Shown here piece after piece: positions 26,436 to 40,197 of a DNA stretch of 64,000 bases. The stretch spans positions 177,079,741 to 177,143,740 of the forward strand of contig CM041465.1 of assembly GCA_023213395.1 (NCBI GenBank). Direction: 5' to 3'. Each line of letters begins with the position of its first letter. Within the stretch, counting starts at the first letter, position 1. The notes beneath the pieces are model-generated. The model did not search any database. It was not told the origin of the DNA and saw only the letters and a program-made list of their open reading frames with translations. Both the position numbers and the translations under genes were made by a program. Origin of the DNA: Cycas panzhihuaensis. Its lineage: Eukaryota; Plantae; Cycadophyta.

Positions 26436-28312
26436 TGGCCATTGGTTTCTCCACCTTGGTAGATGATACAGCCACGAAACCAACATCTTCAGCTTTTCTG
26501 CACTCGGTTCCCTATCTCGTAGCTAGAGCACTCAAAATTTAATACCCGCACTCCTCTCCCTTCCATTCTACAGGGTGTGCTTTTATGAATTACAGTTGTG
26601 GTCAGAAGGAAAGCTGTGCTTCAGGCACGTCTTTTGTCGACCCATTTTTTCTTTTCATTTTTCTTTATATATATATATATATATTAGTTGATGGATTAAG
26701 TGTGCCCTTATTTGATTTAAAAAACTTGATCTTTGATCGTATCATCACCTCTGTTTTGTTGTCTGCGTGATCACGGTAGTGGGGGAGTATCCTGTTTTGT
26801 TTATTTTTTATTTTATTTCTTTTAATAAAGTTTTGACTTAATAAAATTAAATTACATATTATTTAAAATTTGAGTTAGTTGTAAGCTTAAGCTCCCTTTG
26901 GTCTTAGCCCCCAATTCTATACTATTCCATATGACCTTTAGCTCATTGCTAAAGGGGCTTTCTAGCTTTATAACTATTTTCTTTTATTATATATTTTTTT
27001 TCTTTAAAATATAAGGTACTTGGTTAATTTCTTCAATATCTCTTTCCTAATATATCGGTTTCTGACGAAACCTATCATGCTAAGTCTAGAATTTTCTGTG
27101 GTATAATTTAGATTGGTTATTTGCCATATTTGGAGCTGATTTGACCTATTTCTAACAAGTTTAAGTCAATCTTTCTTAAAAAGGGCCTTCTTTTAGATTA
27201 TTAACATAAAAGTACTTGCTGTTATTTTCATTATAACTTTTTTGTTTCATATTAGAATTCATATATATTAGTTGCATTAGGTGCCTAACTTGTTCCTCTT
27301 CAAACTGACACTATTATTTATAAGTTTTAAAGTGTTGAGGTACATAATAACTTCTAATTAGTCATTATTACATATTTTTATATATTATTTCTCAAGTTTT
27401 TAAACTTAAAAGTATATTAAGCAACTCTCTAAACTATATATGATCATTTTACATTATTCTATAAGTTTTTTACTAACATTTCATAATATTTTAAGCCCTA
27501 AGCTCCTGTTAAGCCTAAAAAATGGGACTGTATCTTTTATACATTAAAATCTTAACTTGTAGGAATATGTTTTCAAAACGGTCAGTTCCGTTGACTAGAT
27601 ATTTTATTGATCTTCAAATTGGTGTAATTTCACCTTATTTTGACGTTGTCTAATATAGTTTTAGAGCTACTCAACTTGAGCATTCAAGATATCCCAATAG
27701 GCTTGTCCTCTAAACCTTTTGTAAGGAGTTCTTCATTTTTTTTCTTATTGATCACTTATAATACATGGTTGAAGCTTTTATTTAATTTTTTATATAGCTT
27801 CTTTTAAGCTAATTTATAGTAGAAATTGATCATATACATCTCAAATAAGTGACAAGCTAAGTGGTCCCATAACTCAAAATGGGTACAATTCTTTTTTTTT
27901 TAATGTTTCTTCTTCATTTTTTATCTTTCTAAAGTAAAAATGTGCATATATATTTTAGATTTCCTGCATTACATATATTTATTAAGACAAAAGTATTTCT
28001 TGCATTAAAAAATAAAGCCATTCTTTGCTCAAGTTAAGTGCTTATTTATTTGAAAAATCAAAAAGCTTAGAATTTTTTCTATTATTTTTTATCAAACAAT
28101 TTATTTCAGATCTGCATGTTTAAAAATCTTAGTTATTTTTCAAATTTGCTCATATAATCATTATATTTTGAAGAGTCTATTTGAAATTATATATTATAAG
28201 TTTGTTGATTGATTATGTTCTTTGATTCCTTCTAAAGGCATATAGTTTGTTGAGAAGTATAAAAAGTTCACTTGTAAACCATATTTTTTTATGTACTAAA
28301 GTTTTCTATAAA

Positions 28313-28924
28313 ATGGCAATCAATCTAAATAAAATACAATTCTCTATATTTGATGGTCATGATTTTTAAAAATAGCGTAAAATAATACAAACCTACTTTA
28401 TCACAAATAGTCTTTAGAGTTACTTATAAGATGAATATGATCTTAATATTAAAGAAGACATTAAAAAATGCAATGAAGCCTTAGCTATACTATTTTGTAT
28501 TATAAATGATAATGTTTTTTCTAAAGTTTGTGAAATGGCAACTTCCAAATCAATATGGGACACCTTGGATTCTATTTATGGGGAAGAAACCCTCAATATA
28601 AATGAATTTAACTTTGATATTGTTGAGCATGTGAGACAGATGCCAAAGCATATTGGTTGTGATGGAAAGACCAAGGAGAAAAATTCAAGTCAAATGTATG
28701 ATCACCTTGTTACATGTGAAGTTGATCCTCTATTTGAAGGGGAGAAACCTTATGATATGATAGTTACTCACAACATAAAGATTTCAGAAGACAAAGTCAA
28801 AGTTCTAAGAGATAAAATTAGAGTTGCAGCCATTCATCTTTATTCAAATCAAGCTACATTTACTTGGAGATTTTTTGAACCACTCACTGGTAAAGAGACA
28901 CACATTGCTAAAAGGATGAGGTGA
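28313..28924 (+). pseudogene. Truncated Copia gag of element A
   Basis: MAINLNKIQFSIFDGHDF..., AL.ILF.I.ND.VFSKV, ATSKSIWDTLDSIYG (DUF4219/gag N-terminus); no pol follows. Confidence 0.75.
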
Positions 28925-31097
28925 GTTGATAATGATCAAGCTAAAAGATAGAGACTTAAAGTTTTTTTCAAGTTTAAGTTTCACAAGTTTAAAGAAAAGA
29001 CAAAGTTGTCTGTGATGACCATTAAGGGGAAGAATGTTGGGGTTAATATTCATCACCTCACTCCCACCTTTCACACATATGAGTGCACACATGTTAAGGT
29101 AGGTCAGGTAAGGTTAAATTGATTTGAGTTAAGTTGTTGAGTTATGTAATATTTTATTATTATTTAAATTCTAAGGGTTGAGGAGTTTCCCTCCTCCCTC
29201 AAACTATATATTTGGAGGGGTATCCAACCCTGGTGTCTTTAGACACCACCTATATTGAAAATTTACTATGTACTCACTCAAAGATGGATTGAATACAAAG
29301 GCTTGCATGTTTATGCTACAATTGAATGATTTTTGATATATGCTCTGCTCTGTCTTCATCATTTTACATTCCTTTAGGTGGATGTTGTCATTAGATTATT
29401 TGTTCATTCTTTAAAAGGTCATATGATTGAATGATTACAAGATATATATAACAGTTCCATTACCAATTGTCGAATCTTAATGATGATTTTATCAAGCCTA
29501 AGTATTACAATCTAAAATATAATGCATCTTTAATAAAGAAACTATCCACTATTAGGAGGAGTTGGGGGGAACTATTTCCTCCTCTAGTGAGTAATTTAAA
29601 AGAATATTAAGACCCATAAAAGGTGAAGTGATAAGATATAACTAGAATGGTTTTTTAAATAAATGGATTTTTAAAATATAATGATGCTAATATATATGTT
29701 CCTAGAAATAATCATGCAAGAAAAAAAGTTAGTGTTGAATATCAAATTGATAATGAATAAATTTGACAGAAATGCTTCTCAGCCAATGATGCCATGATAT
29801 AAGGAGACCTAGATAGTCTCTCTAAACATTAATTCCCATATTCAATTAGTTATGAATAGACCAAGTAATGAAGTGTAACATTGGAGGAGACAAGCCCAAG
29901 GAAATGAGCCTCAAACTATGCCTACATTAAGGAGGCCCATAGTAGAGATGATTGATATTAAGTGAGAGAATAAGCTTGATACTATGGTTATAGATAATTA
30001 AGATATTCCATGTGACATTTGGATGATAATAAAGAAATATTAGCATCAAATGATGGAATCTCAAAAATCATAACTTCTACCCACTAAGTTAGTGGCCTTG
30101 CCTAAATCTCCAATTGATTAAGGAGGACTAAACAAACTTAAATCAAAGGTTAGGGCTATCTCCAAAGACCTAGAGCAGGTCCTACCTACTTCAAGAAAAG
30201 AAAAGCATGAGGTAAATTGAAATGGATGAGAACCAATTTGGTAAACATATTCTAATAAAGCAAAATTAGAAGGCACAAGTGTAAGTATTGCCTTCCTATC
30301 TCATGACATGATCCCTTCTTCCATTAGTGTGATTTATCATGCCCTTGAAGAATAAGAATCAAGTAGTGTTGTGAAAAGAGCTTCTACTCCAAATGATATA
30401 GCTTATTAATAGATGTACCAAGATGATGAGTTCAACCTACCTCTCATGTAAGAATATGAGGATTTGGTTGATGTGGTAGCTATTGGTGAATATGATTATA
30501 TGGACAAAGAGGCAAACATTTAGAGGCTAGCTAAGACCAAAGCCCAATGTGGTTAGAAGCTTAAAACCCATGATGAGTTGTCTACCATGTAATCACTCTT
30601 TAATTATGACGATGTAGAAAGTGATGAGGTTGTTCAACAATAATATTCAGAAAGAATAACTCAAGAGCTTAATCAAGAATATGAAGCTTTATCAATTGGA
30701 CCAAAGTGGGATGTACAAGGCTTTATAGGAGTTGATTTGTTTGTGCTCTAAGGAGCCTACAAATTTGAATAATCTAACATCTATTTATAAGATATGAAGC
30801 TCCATTTCATAACTAACTTCTACCCCACATCTTCTAATGAGAAGAAAGAGCAATTTCTAAGGTTGAAGTTTGGACTTAAACTTCTAATTGAATAATTCTT
30901 ATATAAAAATGGATATTGCCCTTATTTGTTAATATACGGAAAAGGAATTCTTCTATATAATCATATAATCTTGAGACATGCAATTGGTACTCTCTCAAAA
31001 TCATATAGAGGATGATAGATCCTACCTTTAAACTATGGATGCTTGATACAAAGATATTTTCCCTCTTTATAAATGAGCAATATTATAATCCTTTAAA

Positions 31098-31639
31098 TGT
31101 TAAGGGTAATGTTTTATCTAAACATTATTGTACTACTCAAATGTTTCTTTATGATGATTATGTGTCATTACCTCTTTTTTCTACCTATGATAAGTGACAC
31201 ATATGCATTTAGCCCTTTCCAAGGTTCATGTAATTCATATTATATTTATAGAGGGATTTCCTTCATTAATGAAATGAGAATTCATTGAGAGTTTCATATG
31301 GTATGAGAGCAAGGTTCCCTAGTTAAGACAAGTTCAGTAGAGATCCAAAGAGAAGAGTTTGAAATTAAGTTTTTTTAAGGTTTCTAAGAGAATTTAAAGG
31401 AGTTTCTTGAGAAAATATAAAAGGTCTTTTTAGTATTTAGGTTGCAAAGAAAAGCAAGCATTAATTACTTAAAGTACATATACAATATAGACTATACAAA
31501 CTTATTTTTTGAAGTGCTCAAAATTTATTAAAATTTCACTAGCAAGGATGTTTTGAAGAGGTTATCATCTCTCTAAAGACATGACTTAAAAATCGCATGA
31601 TTTAAGGATGTTTTGACCTACTTTTAGTGGGCATGGGTT
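31098..31639 (+). repeat. Duplicated 5' LTR (31098-31298), PBS and leader of the large Copia, truncated at the duplication junction
   Basis: Homologous to 44801-45343 and preceded by the same TTAAA. Confidence 0.85.
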
Positions 31640-32259
31640 GATCAATGGTGGTATGTCTTTAAATTTTATTGACATCTTCATAGCTCATTAATTAATCTTT
31701 CACATTCTTCCCAAAATTAGATTTGCTGGTTCCTTGTGCCAAAACAATTAAAAACCTTCATATCCAAATTGACACTTATTTACTCACTTCAAATTTGTAT
31801 GCTCTATTAATGGGAAGATCATACACCATTCTTAGAGTCCAATGGATTTAAACTCTAAGAGTATACAGTATGAATAACTCCCTTAACAATCATTTTATTT
31901 TATTCAAAGACCACATTAGTCAAAAACACAAACTATATGGCATCCAATCCCCTCTTAATCAAGTCATATCTCCTAAGAAAATGCGTAAGCATTTGAACAA
32001 GTGTCATTTATATTCTTCAAATCAACAATATCCAACCTGATGGTAACATTTGCTGACATGTCCAAAACCTTCTCCACAAATACCAATCTTTATTTTCTCC
32101 ACTTCTTGCAAGCCCACACCTTTCAAATCATGGTTTCTACCACTCCATTCACCTCAAGACCCCTCATAATCTCATTAGTATTTTCCCATATAAAAATTCA
32201 TATTTTTAAAATAATAAAATTGAGAAATTCACAAATGAGTTGATAAGCATAGGCATCAT

Positions 32260-35200
32260 TATAACATAACCCCATCTTCTTAAGCAGATGAAGCACTAGT
32301 ATGGAGAAACCGTCAAGGATTAAGTGTTGATGTAAATAATTAAGTTTTGTGTGTAGACCATTAAACCCTCTAATGATATGTAAGGCCATTAGAACCACCA
32401 ATAAGATTATGAAAGAGAAACCTTCTTTAGTTTATTTAAGGGTCAAAGATTACCTGTAATGGTACTAATTATTATTTTCTTTTATAAGTAAAAGTACTTT
32501 GTTACTCCTTTAGTGCTCGTTTAGTGTCTATTGTATGAGTTATTTCTATAATATTAGACTCTAAAGTTAATAGAAGTGCTTTATTTATTCTTTCAACTTA
32601 TCCTCCTTTAGATTCGCAAAGATAATTTTAGGAAGATACACTCCAAGTGGTATCTAATCAAGGTTTGATGACCCTCTAGAGGCACTTAAGAGTTTAAAAA
32701 GGGAGAAATTTTTTTTTTCCATTTGGTGACACTTGTAACCCTTCTCTTATACCACTTTCTTTCAATTTTATCTTTTAGTTATTTTAATTTCTATTTAAGG
32801 GTAGATTACATTCCTTGGTAGCTACCCCTTTCTTGTCCCTCCCTCCCTCTCCCTGGGTAGATAACTCTGCATGATAGCTACCTAACTTAAATAAGTAGAG
32901 AGCCTATACCAAGCATCTATAAATATCACAAGGATCTATCATTATAGACTAAGTGTATTATGGATTTTCCTCCATTACATGAAGGACTTTAGTGAAGTCT
33001 ATTGAACTAAGCCTCAAACAGAACTTGACTATGGAATCGTGCCTCCATGTACCCTTGGGTATATAAAAGAACCCTAATAAGTTCCCTACCCATCCTAGAA
33101 TAGGTAAAGTTTTAGTTAGGTGTCCTTTTTTATGCACACATTAGTAATTGACGCCTAAAAGCTACTCTATATGAACCTTTTTGCATAGTTATAGACCTTA
33201 CAAAGATAGTCTTTCCTTTGTAGATAATACTCTAAGATATTAGGCCTAGCTATAATAATGGTAGAGAAGTTTATCATAGGGCCTATAGAGCTAAACACTC
33301 TCAATGTTAAAGTCAGGTAGGTCTCCTATAATTTAAAGTGAGTTTGGTAGGTCTCATCCAATTTAAAGTGCCATCCATGCAGAGAAATTGAGTCTATTAA
33401 ATTATTGTACTAAATCTATCACTGAAAATGCAAACCTAAAAATATAAGGCCATAACTTTATCAATACTTATTAGAATAAAAAATGACCTAAATTGTTAAA
33501 CTTGCCACTAACAAAAAAAAAGTCTACGACCAAAAAAAATCTGGTTAAAATTTATACATCTTGATTTGATTAGCATCCTATTTTGATCAGTGTATCATAC
33601 TAATCAATTTGCACTAGGTCAATTTTTATAGTCTATTTTTGGTTATAGCAACATGTAGATCATTGGTAGGCCCTGTCACTAAATTTCACTCCTACAACTC
33701 ACCTATCCCATTTTAACAAGCCTTTCATATTTGTCTAAATGTAGTAAGTGATTTTGTTCCCTAAATTTTTGGGTCAATAGGATATAAATACCCCAAGACC
33801 CATCCCCACCCCTTTATCCTTTATGTATTTTGTCTTCTTCTTAAGGCATTCCCTATTTCTTAAAATCCCATTCTTTCTTGTTTTTCCACATTTCAGAGAT
33901 TTTCCATTCTTTCTGCTAAGTCCTACTTCTTTAAAGCTCGTTTTATATTTCTCATGGCATGTTCATAAGGAGAAAGGATCTCTTCACTAGAAACCAAGAT
34001 TAAAATTTTCTGATAAGAGATGAAGGTTGAGTTAGCTAACCTTCCTTCCTAGGTAGAATTCTTAGCACTGGTCACTCAATTGATGTAGGTCAATTATAAT
34101 AGCATTGGAACATTGAATATGATGGCCAATTCTCCTCCTCCTCCTCCTTACCTTCTACAAGGAAATAATACACCACTGAGAGGTCATACATATAGGCAGT
34201 AGTTTCTCCACCACAAAATCAATATCCTGACTTTTGATCTTTAGTTGAATAAAGAGTGCACTTGTAGTTGGATCAATAAATTGTAATCTTATTTCACTCT
34301 CAACCCCATGAATGAAGAAGAACAGCTATTATATGCCTCCATCCACACGAATGGAAAAGCCCAACACTAGTTTAATTAGTAGAAAAATGAATACCTTTTG
34401 AATTAAACATGGTCACACTTCATAAATTATTTCTTTGAGCAATATGAGGAGACTTGAAGCCAACCATACTTTACTTAGTTGAAACGACTCAAATAAACAT
34501 CATCTGTAGAGGTCTTCATAGATGAATTCCAAGCATTATACAATTAGTCCCCTCAAAGCCAAGGCTTAGATAAACAAACCTTAATCAGAATTTATATAAT
34601 AAGCCTCTAGAACTATATTCAGATATGCCTCAAAACATCGTCCGTAAGCTCTCTCAAGGAAGATATAAAAATGGCTCAAGCAGTGAAGGCAAAATTTGTG
34701 GCTAAAAGACCCTTATACACTCAATAGGATAACCCATGGTTCTCATGATCCTATCGATCAAACTTCCAATGGCCTTGACCCTAGTTTGACGATATAACTC
34801 AACCATAAGTAGATTTCCAATGTCCCTAACCATGAGTTTATGATGTAGTTCATCATGTAATAGATTGGTGCACCAAGACTCCTTACCAAAAAAAGTCTAA
34901 ATATTACAACTAGAAGTATAACATTGGATAGAGGTTATACTCTATGTTCAGTGCTTAAAAATATGGACTCTTCAATATGGTTGCATTTATAAAGTGAGGT
35001 CTATGGTCTTTTCTATTAATACCACCTTACCCCCTGATGAACATTCAAAGTTCAATTCAAAACATAGGGCTGATGATGACTTCTTGGAAGATCCCAACCT
35101 TGAGTCTCAACCTAAAGTATCCCTCTCAATTATAGCCTCCTCCTTTTGTCTTAAACACTTATGAGTCAAAGGCATCCTCTGCAAAACTCTAATGTTAATT

Positions 35201-38200
35201 CTTATTGATAGTAGTATGTGTCCTTAAACTTTATTGACATTTCAGTGGCCCAATTGTTAAACCTTTACATTGTCCCAAAAACTAGATTTACTTGCTCCCT
35301 ATTAAAGTACTAGAAGCTCAACTATATCAGTGTCATTAAAAACCTACATGTCTAGATTGGCACCTCATATTTCTTCATATTATCAATAGGAGAATCTAAC
35401 ATTATATTAGAAATTTAGTGGCTATAGACCTTAGGGAGTTATAATACCAACTCCTCCTTAATCAATCCTTTTATATTGTTCAAGGGCCAAATGGAAATAA
35501 CACCTAAACTCTATGGGTTATAGTCTCCACCAAACTAATTAGTTTTGTTAGGTCGTATAAAAAGACACCTTCAATCCAACCTTGGTTATATCATTTGCCT
35601 TAATAGCATTTAAGTTGACCCTCAAATCCACCCACGTATCTAAGATATTATTACTAAATATGAGTAAGTATTTGCTCTCCTTCCTACTACTACTCTACTT
35701 GACTTTGGTTTCTTTCATACTATCAAGCTCCAATCCAATCACGATCCAATTAGCTTGCACCCATATAGAAATTCATACTTTCAAAAAAATAAAATCAAGA
35801 AAATCACTACTAAACAAATGGATATGGGAATAATCCAACTAAGAAAAAGCCCATATGTAACCCCAATTATCTTGGTTAGGAAAAAAGATGGCTCATTTTG
35901 CCTTTGTGTGGACTATAAGGAACTTAATAAAAATACCATAAAAAATAAGTTCCCCACTCTTAGGATAGATGATATATTAAATGAAATATATTAAGCCTCG
36001 ATCTTTTCTAGGCTAGATTTACAATCTAGACATTATTAAATCCCAGTTGCTCTAAAGGACTATAATAAAATAACTTTCAGAATATATCATAGCTATTTAG
36101 ATCTCTATATGATGCCTTTTGGCCTTTGTAATGTACATCCACCTTTTAAGCACTCATGAATAGGATATTTGGCCTCCACCTTTAAAAATTTGTTATCATT
36201 TTCTTTGATGATATTCTTATCTATAGTTCTTACTTAGACCATCACATTTTGCATCTCGAGATCATTTTCTAAATATTACAGCAACACTAATTATATTCCA
36301 AACTTTATAGGTGTGAGTTTAGGAAAATAAAACTTTAGTCATCACTACTTGGCCAACACCAACTAATCTCATACAATTCTGAACTTTCCTTGGCCTCACG
36401 GGATTCTATCATCTTTTTGTGTGAAACTACATATCCCTCATAACTCCACTAATCAACTTACTCTGTAAAGACTCCTTCTAATATTCTTTAGAGGTTGAAG
36501 TTGCCTTCTCCTATCTCAAGGTTATAATAATATCTAGCCTAGTCCTTGCCACTCCTGATTTTAGCCAACCGTTCTAGCTTGAATACGATACATAAAAATT
36601 TGGCTTGAGCACAATTCTTATGCAAGACTACCATCCCATTGCATTTGAAATTTGAAAACTAAAAAAAAATAAACTTCAACTTTCTACATACTAGAAGGAA
36701 ATTAGAACCATATTACATGTTATGGATATGTGGTATCGATATCTCTTGGCATCAAAATTTCTTATCCTTACAAACCAGTAAAGCCTCCATAGCCTATTAG
36801 GTCATCCAATTTTGTTTGAAGAATAAGTTAAATAGATAAATTATCTATAGGTCTTTGACTTTATAATCTCTTATAAAATAGATAGACAATGTAGTATCAG
36901 ATGTCCTTTCTCACATGCACCTTGATTCTAGTACCTCCAACTATGGTATTTATACTATATTAAAGCCCCACCCCATTTGGCTTAATGATATATATGTCGA
37001 AAATCAATCTTAGGCTGATTACGCTTGTTTGAGTGAAAAAGCTCTCACCCAAAAAGGTTGGTCATCCCACAATAACCATTTGTTACTTAGAAATCGTATT
37101 TTTGTACATCCATCCTCCTCATTCATCTCTCGTATTTTAACATAGTACCATTCCACTCCCATAAGGGCCACTCAGGATTCAATAAAACCTATCAATGTAT
37201 TTATATAGATTTCTTTTGGCCCTATATAAAACCTACCATCTTTATATTTGTATCAGAGTGTGACACTTGTTACTAGAATAAGGTGGATACCAAAGCTCCA
37301 CCAAGTCTTCTCTAGCCATTGCACATTTTGTAAGGCAAATGACAAGACACTATAATGGATTTTATCATTGGTTTGCCTATGTTTGCTAATTTTGACTCTA
37401 TTTCGGTAATCATTGATAGATTAACTACATATTTAGACTTCCTTCTAGTTCACCCCTTGTATACATCTTCCTGTATTGTTGACATGTACATCTAATTTAT
37501 TTTTCATCTTTATAGATTTCTCTCCACCATCACATGTGATCGCAATCCCAAGTTCATTAAGTCTTTTTAGCAAGAACTCTTTAGATCCATAGGAACCTCA
37601 TTCAACATGAGTTTTACTTACTATCTTTAAACAAATGGTTAGTCTAAGATTTTGAATAAAACTTTGGAAATTTAACTCTATTGTTTGGTCTCATAACACT
37701 AAACTAAGTGGATCTCCTAGCTTTCCCTAGTAGAATATTAGCACAACCCATCTCACTACTTAGTCATCGGTATGTCCCTATTTTTGGCCTTATATGGTTA
37801 TCACTCCCCTTTATATCATACCTTGGTGACTAATTCTCAAACTACCTTATCTCAATAAAATTTTTAGGAGATGGACCAAATCCTCCATAACCTTAGGCAA
37901 AACCTAGCTACAACACTCAATCACATGAAGCATTTTGTCAACTTCCACTGGTCCAATCAATCATTTGACATTGGAGATCTCATGTTCCTCTACCTCCAAT
38001 TATACAAATAATAATCTCTCAAGTCCCATCAAGGCCATAAGTAAATCCCACATTATTATGGTCTATATAAAGTCCTCCAAAATATTAGGGAAGTTGTCTA
38101 CACCCTTGACCTTTACCTAGACACCAATATCTATAATATACTTGATGTCTCTTACCTAAAAAGAACTTAGGAAGAAAAGTTATACCTCACACCACCCTAC

Positions 38201-38827
38201 CAATTCTTAATGATGAACATCACCTCACAACCCTACCAAACCAAATCATTTCTAGTCATTAGCATTGCCTCTAGAATTGCACCATTTCTAAGCATCCAAT
38301 ACAGTGGGTTGGTCATGATATAAATGAAGCAACTTGGGAATCTAAAGAGTTTGTCCAACAACACCCTCATCTCCAATGCTTCAGAGGCTTACTGTCTCAG
38401 AGGTGGGGACCTATAACATAACTCCATTTTCTTAAGTGAATAAGGCACTAGTATGGAGAAGCCATCAAGGGTTAAGTCTTGATGTTAACTCTTAAGTTTT
38501 ATATGCAAACTACTAAGCCTTCCAATGATATGTAAGGCTATTAGGGCCACCAATGATATGTAAGACCATTAAGGCAACCAATAGAATTACATAAGAGAGA
38601 CCCCTATTTTATCTATTTTTAAGGGTCAAAGATTACTTGTAATGGTACTAATTATTGTTTCCTTTTCTAAGAGAAAGTACTTCAATACTCCTTTGGTGCT
38701 ATTTTGGTGTCCATTGTGTAAGTTATTCTGTAATATTAGCCTCCAAAGTTAATAAAAGTGCTTTGTTTATTCTTTTAACTCATTCTCCTTCAAATTCACA
38801 AGGATAATTTTGGGAAGATACACTCCA
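32260..38827 (+). mobile_element. Nested chromoviral gypsy, copy 2 (LTRs 32260-32645 and 38412-38827; TSD ATCAT)
   Basis: Same insertion site, same TSD and same internal RT deletion as copy 1. Confidence 0.92.
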
Positions 38828-38832
38828 ATCAT

Positions 38833-40197
38833 CCACCTCAAAAAAAACCCATACACTACACCTATCAACCTAGGTAGGAGAAAAGATGGGTCTTTTTGCC
38901 CTTGTGTTGACTATCATGAACTTAATATGGTCATGATCAAGAATAAATCCACTACACCTTAAATTGATGATATGCTAAATAAGATACATAGGGCCATAAT
39001 TTTTTCCAAATTGGACTTTCAATTTAGGTACTACCAAATTCCTATCATCCTAGAAGATCACCCTAAAGCTATTTTCTACATACATCATAGGTACTTTAAA
39101 TTTCAAGTAATTTATTTCAGTCTTTGCAATGTTGTAGCAATATTTTAGGCCTTGACAAAAAAGCTCTTTACACCCCATCTTTAAAAATTTCACTATTTTT
39201 TTAAATAATATCTTAGTATAGAGCCTGAATTTACAAACTCACCTTTGACATCTAGAGACCCTTCCTTAGATCCTTGATCATTATAAACTCTATGCCAAGT
39301 TATCTAAATGTGAGTTTAGAAAAACTGAGCTTTAATATTTAGGCCATATCATTTCATCAGATGGAGTCTGCCCTGACTCGGATAAAATTTCTATCATTAG
39401 TACCTAGCCAAAACTCAAAAATCTCACTAAGCTCAAAGTTTTCTTAGGTCTCACAAGGTTCTATTACTAGTTTGCTTGAAATTATGCCTCTGTTGTTACC
39501 TCGCTAACAAACCTACTCTAAAAAGATTCCTTTTTATGGTCTCTAAAGGTAAACCTAGCCTTCAACAAGTTTAAGGTTGTCATGAATTCTGCCCCTCTTT
39601 TGGCTACCCCCAAATTCTTGCAGACCTTCTAATTAGAGTGTGATGTCTTTGGTTCTAATTTAGGTGTTGTTATTATGCAAGACCTTCACCCCATAGCATT
39701 TGAAAGTAAGAAATTCAAGGATCATGAATATCGCTTATCTACATATCAAAAATGGTGGTGCGAATATCTTTGGGGCTCCAAATTCACTATCTTGACTGAC
39801 CATAATAACCTTTGTTGCCTACTCGACCAACCAACCCTCTCTAAGAAGAAAAATGGATTGATCGCTTCCAAGCCTTCAATTTTGAGATCTCATATAAGAA
39901 GGGAAAAGGAAAAGTTGTTGATGTCCTCTTCCATCTTCCAATAAAGACTTCCCCCACTAAACTAGTTATCCATGCAATCTATATCCCCAAACTATTATAG
40001 TTAACATACCTAATAACTGAGAATAATGTAGAATAATATTTTGTCAAATGGACCTCCAAAGTCCACTCTAAAAAAGACTGGTCTTCACATAATTCCCAAT
40101 TATTATATCAAAATCATATATTTGTCTACCCCACTTTATAATTTATCCCAAGAATTCTATATGAATATAATTCCACTCCCCTTAGTGGCCACTTAGG
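38833..40197 (+). pseudogene. Host gypsy RT/RNase H/integrase start, copy 2
   Basis: MQDLHPIAFESKKFK, FTILTDHNNL; homologous to 20271-21646. Confidence 0.85.

Larger units (their letters stand above)
24250..29376 (+). mobile_element. Element A: non-autonomous Copia-derived LTR element (gag N-terminus only) carrying host gene fragments
   Basis: LTRs 24250-24771 and 29035-29376; TSD GGCGG/GGTGG; PBS 24774-24784; PPT before 29035; empty site at 43034-43038 in the duplicate block. Confidence 0.93.
24100..29900 (+). pseudogene. Decayed Retrotrans_gag of a large gypsy-type element (24100-24249 + 29382-~29900), split by element A
   Basis: The uninterrupted copy at ~42900-43200 reads FFGDSSMNREKHLEQ...FNIT.VDVIIRLFVYSLKD. 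Boundaries are approximate. Confidence 0.55.
13241..31639 (+). repeat. Tandem segmental duplication, unit 1
   Basis: Colinear with 31640-45343. The junction GCATGGGTT|GATCAATGG fuses the sequence found at 45343 to the sequence found at 13241. Confidence 0.93.

Noticed and set aside
27057-27072. CTGACGA/GAAA hammerhead-like motif
   Set aside because: Only a short hairpin (GGTTTC-TGAC-GAAACC); no stem II separates the core motifs, and it is not associated with the PLE.
32260-38827. Independent second gypsy insertion
   Set aside because: The same TSD, flanks and internal deletion as copy 1 show it is part of the tandem duplication.
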